Shown: positions 54,599 through 64,000 of the stretch, in pieces
Layout: each line of letters begins with the position of its first letter
Numbering within the stretch: the first letter of the stretch is position 1
NCBI GenBank assembly: GCA_903813345.2
Contig: CAIIXF020000001.1
Location: 5,022,001 to 5,086,000, forward strand
Length of the DNA: 64,000 nt
Source of the DNA: Owenia fusiformis
Lineage: Eukaryota
Reading direction: 5' to 3'
Position numbers and translations under genes: made by a program
Notes under the pieces: model-generated
What the model saw: only the letters and a program-made list of their open reading frames with translations
Database searches by the model: none
Told to the model about the DNA's origin: nothing

Positions 54599-55730
54599 TT
54601 GTTTTGAGATAGATAATCTTGAAAAAAGCATTTTTAAACATCAGATGGTCATTTCTGTAAGCACTTTCATAAAGGAAATAAATAAAATGTACATGGTGCT
54701 TTATCAGTCATATTTTTCGTATTATACCAAAGATTGAGAAGTAAATTCTGTTATATAAACTTTTACCAAATGGAGAAAATTCCCTAAGAATACTAGTATT
54801 ATATAATAGACCATAACATTTAGCCTTTTACAATCACCCATAAATATGTCACACATCGTATACATCTGTTCTAAATGTTATTTTATGTTATATATTACCA
54901 TGACTTTGTTACTGAACAAAATGATTAGTTACTATTCTATGATGACTATTCGAGCGGTAAAATCATCTGAAATCATGTTTTAATTCGCTTTTGGCACAAC
55001 AATTTTTTGCTCGTACGTGAATGTTTATATCAAACTTCCCGGTGTCAAGGTTTAAAACAGCCTTTGCAACAGGTATAAAGCATTTAAACATAGAGGGGGG
55101 GGGTCATGGGGAAAATGCAAATATTCGCAAGCTGTAATTAATGACTTATACTCAGCTCAGTGAATTCCGTAAGACAGTGATTTAACATTTTAACACGGAT
55201 AATGATAATATTAGAAAAATATTGCTTACTCTATGTCAAAAACTATATTCACAAATCAACTTAAGTATTTGAAAATCAAAATGCTTTATAAACAAATGCA
55301 TGATAAATTAATAATAGCAGAATATCAAGAGAAATTCAAATTAGGTCACTTTTCATCAGAAAATGGAATCTCATCCTAACTTTTTGTATCCTGAATTTAA
55401 TGGTTCAAATTTTATTGTATGTCTTGCGTTTGATATTTTTGAAATATATTTATCCACCACTGTATTATGTACATGTTTCTAAGAAATTAATAGAGTAAAT
55501 GAATCCATGTCATTAGTAGTTAATTTTGACCTTCTCAGAGAGTAAGTATCATGGACCAGATATGCCAGCGGACTCGTGGGAAGTGAAAACCAAGATCTGA
55601 TATGTTAAACTTATGTTCAAAAATTCAAAAAGTGTGATTTGAACAACTATTTCCAAAATGCTAAAATCTATTTTCTAGGAGCCAATCTTACATTTATAAA
55701 CATGTTTAATGACATAACTTTATTTTGCAG

Positions 55731-55883
55731 GTTAAAGTCTGGTTTCAAAATCGCAGAATGAAATGGAAACGTGTAAAGGGGGCGACACTAGCCAAAGACA
55801 AGGTGACAGGACAGTTGAAACCACTAACGATACCAGCCCCCAACGCCACTATACTGGCATCTGATAGTGAATCACCTAGATGA
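55731..55883 (+). CDS. Mox: Mox/Meox exon 3 (VKVWFQNRRMKWKRVKG...SESPR*)
   Basis: ttttgcag| acceptor; recognition helix WFQNRRMKWKRVKG; TGA at 55881-55883. Not in the ORF track. Confidence 0.97.
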   Translation, partial: VKVWFQNRRMKWKRVKGATLAKDKVTGQLKPLTIPAPNATILASDSESPR

Positions 55884-57077
55884 CAGTAGGTTAGACAATA
55901 AAAAGGATGACTGCTTTCTCATTTCGGTTTCTCTTGGACAAGGAGGGGCTTACGTGCATCCAAAGGCCAAGTTGTATGAATATGTATTTCAGTTACATGT
56001 GGTCTGCTGAAGATGACTCGCAATCGGAATGATAAATACTACCATCTTATGAAACGGAGAAGATTGAGACAATTGTAATGTAACATCAAAGTATTGCCCA
56101 CGGATGCTTACATTGAAATCGTGTTATATTAGAGAAAACAGAATAATGGGCAATCTACAGTCTGTACATATTTAACAAGCGGATAACCATATATTGTGAT
56201 AAAAAATATTCTTTTTTCTGAGTTCTCTATTTTGTCCTTTCATATGTTCAGGGCATTGAGGGCATCTATGATAAAATGTTTGTTGCGAGGGTGGTCTCTA
56301 ATTTTGATTACATTATATAGATGTTAATGTGCGAGTATCTTGGCAAGCGCCTGCTCATTCCTGATGAGTTATGATAATTTATACTTCTCAACTCGAGGAT
56401 GACGAAAAGCGACTCCAGAATTGACAATATTAAACAGGTATGCCTGTCACTGTATTTCCACAATCATTTCTATGACAAAAATGATGATGCTTGGAGACGA
56501 ACAGGTTCAGATTAATGAGACTTTGTTATGACAATAGAAGTTATAAAACATGTTTTTGTAGAAAATGCAGATATGCACTCTAAAATCACGGTACCATACG
56601 GTATATTATGAATATGGTATCGTACGGTACATACGGCATTATATAAGTCAACTGTACGGTACCGTACGATACTATATTCAAATTACCGTACATTACCAAC
56701 GCCAAACCGTACCGTACGGTACTGTTAGATAATATGGAGTTTAAGCTTGTTTTTTCACAACCTAAACGTGAACGGAAAATATTTAGCGATGCATTTGTAT
56801 GGGCGATTGGTCATACGTATAGGTTGGCGTTTCGATTTTATTTGCGAGCTTGAACTCCCTATTGGCTGTGTACTGTACGCATGGCATCAAATGAATGTCT
56901 CTTGTGATATCAGAGCAACTCAACTGTGTTCATGTTCATATATTGTTGGCACACTCTGCAGCTGGCCGGTGATGCCAAATGTGACTTCATCCTACACACA
57001 TGTGACGTTTTAAATGAAAGATGGTTGAATACAACAGGTCTGGTTGAATATGAGTTAGCCATATGTGAAATATAACT

Positions 57078-57804
57078 CAAAGGAGTGGTATCGATATGGA
57101 GAACTTTTTGAACACACGTTTCTCTTAAACCAGCCATAAAAAATCTAAAAATTTAACACATCGTCAATTTAATGGTCATCTTTTGAATGGTAACAATATA
57201 ATTTGAAAATATATATATACTTTCATCTATATCGTTTTAGAAAACACATGAAACACTTGTTTTGTTCTTGGTATCATGTTTCCAGAGTGAAATAAACATC
57301 TTTCCGAACCTCATTGGAACAAAACGACATAAACACAACATGTTTAGGTCTCTCAATATTGTAATTGTATGTTTTAGTTGATTTTAAAAAAGTATCTTGT
57401 TAATGAAATAAAAGGTTTATCTTGATTTTTATCTATTTTGGGGGGTTTTTGTTTTGATTTTTTGAATACTTTTTTAAAATCAACCAAAAATTCCTTTGTA
57501 TAGCTATAATATTGAGAGGTCTAAAAACATGTTGTATATGTTATTTTGTTCCAACGAGGTTCGGAAAGACATTTTATTTCATTCTCAAGAATTGCTAGAA
57601 AGGAGCAAAAACAATTGCACTAAAAAAACAAAAATGTTAACAAAAACAGTTATATAAAATATTTCTAAATAATTTTTGCATTAACTTGTTGTCAATAAGT
57701 CAACATTACATAAAATACCGTGTTTTTTACAGAATGTTTTCAATGATTGGTTTAAGAGAAAAACATTGTTGAATTCAGTTCTCCATATCGATACCACTCC
57801 TTTG
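57078..57804. mobile_element. ~727-bp MITE, copy 2 (downstream of Mox), inverted relative to copy 1
   Basis: Perfect 28-bp TIR CAAAGGAGTGGTATCGATATGGAGAACT / AGTTCTCCATATCGATACCACTCCTTTG; no clear TSD. Confidence 0.9.
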
Positions 57805-57923
57805 TATCTGTAACTAAATATACTGTGGTACTAACCTTATTTTCTGAAATATAAATTGTCCCCACCTTGCAATATAATACAAAGTATAGGATACAAGACA
57901 TTCACAATACATTTAGTCGTGTG

Positions 57924-58783
57924 TTTAAATTAAGGAATAAATAATGATAGGCCATTCAATATGGTGAAATTCAGCACGAGTTGGACAGAATGTCGTACAA
58001 AGCACGAACCGAAGGTGAGTGCATTTGTACTGACATTCTGTCCAACGAGTGCTGAATTTCACCATATTGAATGGCCTATCATTATTTATTCCGATTCAAA
58101 CATATAAAAAATGAAAACATTGTTCAGAGAATTGGCAAACTCGAGCTCGCTGTTATTTTCGCCATTCCCAGGTGTGACGTCACAATGCAAATACAATACG
58201 TAGATTCCCGGATGATTGGATAGAGCACGGTCGTGCATCTATGAAGAATTAGAGAACGTTCTATATTGGCTATGCTGCATTCTGATTGGTTGAGAAATTC
58301 GAATAGAGCACGGTCATGTTTGAATCTTTTTCACACGTTGCAAATGATTTAACATCACTTTAAATAATGATTTTTGCTAGGAAACCTTGCTATTCTTTTT
58401 AATGAGAGTATTTATACGTTTTCACTCAACTGCCAAAAAGTGACGGAGATTTTTGAATTCAGTGAAATTGATTACCCTCATCGATTTCATAATATCAAGT
58501 TGTATGAACAATAAAGATATTCCGTACACTACAATGGGGCGTGTAGCCAGAGTATTTAAGAAATAAGGTCAGGGTGTGTCAGTTACATGTAGTTTCATCT
58601 TGAGGCGTCTACGCCTGTTATAGAGATTTTATTTATATTTAAACTGTACTTCCTTTTGTTACCATGTACATAAAGTGTAATATATTTATACACAAAATAA
58701 AGGATATAAAATAATTTAAGGTTTGTTAGAGAAAATAGCTATAGAACGCTGGCTTTACACCGGTAGGATTTTAAATTAAGGAA
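57924..58783. mobile_element. Hairpin-bearing non-autonomous element bounded by a 14-bp direct repeat
   Basis: TTTAAATTAAGGAA at 57924-57937 and 58770-58783; near-perfect palindrome at 57934-58092 with a CCGAAGG apex. Confidence 0.55.
57934..58092. repeat. 159-bp near-perfect palindrome / hairpin
   Basis: GGAATAAATAATGATAGGCCATTCAATATGGTGAAATTCAGCAC... pairs with ...GTGCTGAATTTCACCATATTGAATGGCCTATCATTATTTATTCC. Confidence 0.95.
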
Positions 58784-58791
58784 GATGTGTA

Positions 58792-59661
58792 CACTCCCCT
58801 CTATAAGTTTGGCAACCTTTTTTCCCCATTGAACTATGTGTTAAAGCCTCTTTACGTTTGAATTTTTATTTACTTAACCGGCGATGAAATAAGGTATAAT
58901 ATTGATGGAAAAAGTAACTTGACTTTATTTCCAATACCTCCAAATTTTCTCAATTTTTTTCCTCAATTACAATAGGTCGAAAATTGATGATAAATTTGAT
59001 GAATTTTTGAAAATCGTCATTCCCATGTAATCCAATGGGAAATTGAAGGTTCGGGGCAAATCAGAATATCTTTTCAGTAAAAGACTCAGCGAAAAATATT
59101 TTTATATAGAAAATTGAATTGTCTAACTTTTTAGAACACTAAGTGTTCAGTTTATTTGATGAATATTAAAGTTACAGCGCTTCAAAGTCATTTTTGAAAA
59201 TAATTTTTCGCCTCTTGTCTTATTTCAATGGGAGAGGTTTTTTGAAAAACAATTTTGACTTTAAAGCCCTATAACTTTGTTGGACCTGAAGAAACATATC
59301 AATTTTTTGTTAAATAAAGTTAGCAAATTCAATTGCCTGCCTAACTCGTATTTTTTGCAAGGACTCGGATGGATGGATATTCTGTCATATGACTTGCGGC
59401 AAACCTACCATTTCCCATTGCTTAACATGGGAATGTCGATTTTCAAAAATTCATCAAATTTAGCATCAAATTTCGACCTATTGTAATTGAGGAAAAAAAT
59501 TGAGAAAATTTGGAGGTATTGGAATTAAAGTCAAATTACGTTTCCATCAATAGTATAAGTATTTTCATCGCAGGTTAAGTAGATAAAAATTCAAAGGTAA
59601 AGAGGCTTTAACACGTAGTTCAATGGGGGAAAAAAGGTTGCCAAACTTATGGAGGGGAGTG
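58792..59661. mobile_element. Tc1/mariner-type MITE, about 870 bp, ~240-bp TIRs, TA TSD
   Basis: TA|CACTCCCCTCTATAAGTTTGGCAACC...GGTTGCCAAACTTATGGAGGGGAGTG|TA; long inverted arms; no transposase. Confidence 0.92.
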
Positions 59662-59822
59662 TACGTTTTGAATTTTTATCCAATCCTCATTGGGGTCACA
59701 TGTTATCTCAAAATGGTCGAACGTACACATTGACCTTACATGGGCTCAGTGGCTATTTCTGAACCTAAGATGCGCCAAAATAAAAAAAATAAGACTTTTA
59801 GCATTTTTAATAACATATAGTC

Positions 59823-59906
59823 CTTGGTAATATGGACTCTCTATCCTGGAAACGTCCATAATTGCTTGGTAATATGGACTCTCTATCCTGGAAACGTCCA
59901 TAATTG
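59823..59906. repeat. 42-bp tandem duplication
   Basis: CTTGGTAATATGGACTCTCTATCCTGGAAACGTCCATAATTG x2. Confidence 0.9.
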
Positions 59907-60562
59907 TACTCCCTGAAACACCTTGTCCAGGTAACAGCTTCTGAAAATATTCATGTAGATACTTCATTCTTGCGTGCTTAAAATCTGTAGTCATTGAGAC
60001 AAATGTTCCTGGGCTATAACGGAATTAACTGATGGATATTTCATCATATATTATACACATATTCTGTCAGAGAAAGAGATAATACTGGATTCTGTTGGTG
60101 CTGCCATCTTTATATCGGCCCAGAACCTATGTAATTTATCTCTCTTGTTATTCGGATCAATTTTTACCACTACACCTCATCTCTACAACTCTACATTTAT
60201 CCTTCTCCTGTAATATGGTTTCTTTTGTGGAGCCAAGTAAGTACACTTTGGGTGGGGTGCGTCGTCTGGGATTTGTCATTGTTTGATATGAAATCGACTC
60301 CTTCTTCACAAGGGTTGTGGTCGTGTCTTTGTCTGTTTCTGATTCGTCCTTGTCTCCGCATGGTGTGGCTTCACTAGTCTTCTCACCTGGAAGGAACGAA
60401 GCAATTTTTATTTCATGCACTTGGTTCGAATTATATTGTTTTATCTAAAAATTGCTATTATGCCTTACAATGACTAACATCGTACGCCAATTAAGCCAAT
60501 TATATCCAATGCCATGGCATAGAGTTGTATATATTTGCTAATTGCAAGAAGTACTGAGTGTA

Positions 60563-62074
60563 CGAGGGTTGATCCAAAAGTTCTCCACCGTTTTATCTAA
60601 AAAAATTATTTCTTGGTGAATTTTGTTCAGACTTGGTCAGAAGCAACATGAATATGATAGCTTGGTATTGTATTAATATCATTGAAAAAATATAATATTA
60701 ACTATGTCATTTGGTTACCATAGTAACAGGACAACGAGGAAGGCGGAGCTGAATATAATCACTGTTTATTACAATTTTTTGTCAAACAACATGGTATTAT
60801 TACAGAGTTTTAACAAGGGGTTTTAACATTAATGAAGGCTTTTATTTGATGCAATATCAATGTTCATTCTCCTTCAAAATGGTCCCCACCATGGGCTATG
60901 CATTTATTGCATCATTTTATCCAATTATTGAACACATGCCGAAGTCCATTCTCAGCGACTGAATACACACTGTTGGTAAAAGCTACAATCATCGACTCAT
61001 CATCTGCAAAACGAATCCCACGGAGGGGCTTCTTAGTGTAGCCAGTACTGTGGAGATGGATTGGATAGGCCAAAGAAGACAAAGGTACAGAAATCTACAT
61101 CTAAAGTGATGTTTATCATCTTTTTCGACATCCACAGAATCATCCTCGTTCACGCCGTGCCAACTGGAGTTACTGTGAATTCTGCATATTATTCAAAGGT
61201 AAATTGTGAATCCCAGGTTTTGGACCCGACTTGGACCCTGTGTTTTGGACACATGACTTCTTCAATGTCTTAGTTGATAAAATATGCCTTTCCATGGTAC
61301 CTTCATAGTTATACAATATGGCATGTACATGTATTTGGGTCTATTCGTGATAATAGAAAATGAACTGAGGTATCATAATTGATGTGTTTCAGTTACTAAG
61401 GAAGAATCTGAAAGATGCCATCAGGAGAAAGAGGCCAGAGCTTATTGCAGATTGCTTCTACTTCCATCATGACAACGCCCCTGCCCACAGAGCTAACATT
61501 ACAATTGAAGTTATACATGAGCATTTACAAGCAGAACTTGTCAAGCATCCCCCTTATTCCCCAGATACAGCTCCCTGTGACTTCCACATATTTCCTGAAG
61601 CTAGGAAGCCCCTCCGTGGGATTTATTTTGCAGATGATGAGTCGCTGATTGAAGTTTTTACCAACAGTGTGTATTCAGTCGCTAAGAATGGACTTCGGCA
61701 TGTGTTCAATAATTGGATAAAACGATGCAATAAATGCATAGCCCATGGTGGGGACTATTTTGAGGGAGAATGAACATTGATATTGCATCAAATAAAAGCT
61801 TTCATTAATGTTAAAACCCCTGGTTAAAACTCTGTAATAATACCACGTTGTTTGACAAGAAATTGTAATAAACAGTGATTTTATTCAGCTCCGCCTACCT
61901 CGTTGTCCTGTTACTATGGTAACCAAATTACATAGTTAACATTATATTTTTTCAATGATATTAATACAATACCAAGCTATCACATTCATGTTGCTTCTGA
62001 CCAAGTTTGAATAAAATTCAACAAGAAATAATGTTTTTAGATAAAACGGTGGAGAACTTTTGGATCAACCCTCG
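60563..62074 (+). mobile_element. Non-autonomous rearranged mariner element with 474-bp inverted arms and TA TSD
   Basis: TA|CGAGGGTTGATCCAAAAG...CTTTTGGATCAACCCTCG|TA; 60563-61036 is the reverse complement of 61601-62074; transposase fragment in the centre. Confidence 0.95.
61037..61773 (+). pseudogene. 5'-truncated mariner transposase (C-terminal catalytic part) split by a GT-AG intron at 61199-61392
   Basis: PKK...KVM..IFFD...G.TVNSAYY then LR..IRRKRP...HHDNAPAH...HPPYSPD.APCDF..F...W.KRC.KCI...GDYFE; splicing AAG|gtaaat...tttcag|TTA joins both ORFs in frame; HTH domains and first catalytic Asp are missing. Confidence 0.9.
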
Positions 62075-62833
62075 TATAACCATATGGTAGAACATGCTTT
62101 TGAATATAAATTGTCAAAGTTACTCATGTAAACTGTAGGATATTCTTTAGATCATATTTTTAGTTTACATTTTTCTTAGATATTGCCACGATACATAAAA
62201 AATCTCTTGTTATTTTCAGAAACGCATATAACTTATTCCATATATGGCCAGTATCGCGCAAAAGGTGCATATCTGGGTTATTAGTTGATAAATACTTGAG
62301 GTTTATAAAAAGGAGAAAATGCAACAACCAGCATTTTTGTTTTAGAAAGTAAGTCACTAAATTTTGTATATTTCACATATTGTGTAAAATTCTTGTCCAA
62401 ACTGATAGATGTAGAACATGAATGAAATGTGATATGTGTGTATGGCAATAACAAGGGTGAGGCCATTTCAGTCATCTTGAAAACAAAGAACAAGAACTTT
62501 CTACAAGGAATGGCATTTACCGAAGAAGGCTGTCACATGAGAATTGAGTGATTGGACATCTCTGCATGTACACGTATATCTTATCTGAATGTATATAGCA
62601 AGCAATATCACGTTCCGCTGTGGCTAATAGAGTCATGGTAAATAGCATTTACACTCCACATTTTCATAACATGCAAGAAAAAACTGATAATGAAGGCAGA
62701 GATGTGATTTGACTTTATGGTCAACACCTCCAATTTTTAGATTTTTTTTCCTCATGTTGAAAATCGATGACAGATTTGATTCCAATGTAAACCAAGGGGG
62801 AAATCTGGAGGTACATGTAAAGGAAATATATAA

Positions 62834-63003
62834 CACTCCCCTCCAAAAGTTTGGCAACCTTAGCACCCTCATTGAACTACGTGTTAAAGCCTCTCTATGT
62901 TTGAATTTTTATTTACATAACCTGTGAAAATAATACTTAAAATAATGATGGAAATGTAACTTGACTTCATTTAACTCAATTACGATAGGTCGAAAATTGA
63001 TGA
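62834..63003 (+). mobile_element. Truncated solo TIR of the 58792-59661 MITE family
   Basis: CACTCCCCTCCAAAAGTTTGGCAACC...CATTGAACTACGTGTTAAAGCCTCT...TAGGTCGAAAATTGATGA aligns to the MITE arm with an internal deletion. Confidence 0.85.
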
Positions 63004-64000
63004 TAGAAGATAGAATCAAATATTTGTATAATATTCAGTTATATGAGTTTTAGATCCTGTAATGTCTTGGTGTATTGCCGTTTGTGAGTATTCAATGTGA
63101 TGTGAGATGTGTGATATATAAGTCAATGTGAAATAAGTACTTTGAATAAGAAACCCCATTATTAGTGTGAGAATGGTATTGTTATTCAGATTATTTAGAC
63201 CTATCATTTTTCAATTGGCTTGCAGTAACTTGTACAAAGCCACCTGTACACATGTTCAGTTTCATACTTTTAAATAAAGTTATTCCAATATAAAGAAATA
63301 ATGATCAGTATGACAATAAATAATGAGTTGAGAAAAAAGGTGATTCCACCTTCAAAAGCCCATTTTACATAGTCATCCAATGACCTCCAGGACTGTCAAT
63401 AGATGGCGAAAAATTCAGTGGATTTAATAGCATACTTAACATGTAAAAATTGCTCCAAAAATATCCCAAAATAAATTTTATTGAAAATATCCAAAACCTT
63501 TTTATTTTGAATCTTAAACATTTTGTAAATAGTAATGAAGGAAAATATGATATTTATGAATTTGAAGTTTTAAAACAGCAATATTTACACAAAAACCAAT
63601 GGGCCAGATGTAAAGAACAACCTAGTAGTTAAGTGCCATCTATACGAGTCCTGGCTCCCATTACATGAATCGTCCATCAAAATATGGCAGGACATGCGAC
63701 TGTCACTACCTAATTTTTAAAAGTTTGTCCTCACATCTCCACAAAGCATGCAGCAGTACGAGATACCTTCTCTTTTGATTAAAAAGAATCCATACAGGCC
63801 GAAACGAGGAATCATTGATATAACTTCAGGTCCATAATATAACATGGGAAACGTGGGTTTAGAATATGTAATGGCATCATTCCTATGGGTTTCAACTTAT
63901 CATGTGTAATAGTAGGGGTAGGTATGGAGTGTGGATTTCACATTTTCTCGTTATAATAAATTGAAATAAAATATCGTATATTTTCTAAATCATGCAAGCT

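Noticed and set aside
56588-56722. Cluster of GTACGGTAC/GTACCGTAC palindromic motifs
   Set aside because: Probably a decayed MITE, but I could not define ends or a TSD; spacing is irregular, so it is not a CRISPR-like array
1-64000. Remaining short ORFs in the track, and any prokaryotic-type system (CRISPR, operon, rRNA, tRNA)
   Set aside because: The ORFs are AT-rich intronic or repeat-derived, many with non-ATG starts and no domain; no repeat-spacer array or structural RNA gene was seen

Overview
AT-rich, intron-rich animal (invertebrate, probably spiralian) genomic DNA; nothing prokaryotic. Two genes lie head-to-head about 7.4 kb apart. The first is a NOL4/NOL4L-family gene on the minus strand (ATG 30344 to stop 1599; 10-11 coding exons, about 690-725 aa). 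It carries a tandemly duplicated internal exon (5837-5944 and 5652-5768). The second is a three-exon Mox/Meox homeobox gene on the plus strand (37781-55883, 251 aa). The rest is introns and intergenic DNA full of non-autonomous DNA-transposon-like elements. These include a rearranged, intron-containing DD35D mariner with 474-bp inverted arms, a Tc1-type MITE, two inverted copies of a 720-bp MITE bracketing the last Mox exon, tiny elements with 9-bp TSDs, and a long hairpin element bounded by 14-bp direct repeats. The least explained feature is a ~7.5-kb element in Mox intron 1 (40967-48503). It has imperfect TIRs and an AAT TSD, CpG-rich promoter-like ends, a CpG-poor interior, and a chain of splice-consensus exons that assemble into an apparently non-coding transcript antisense to Mox. 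All exon models were read by eye from splice signals and protein similarity; none has transcript support.
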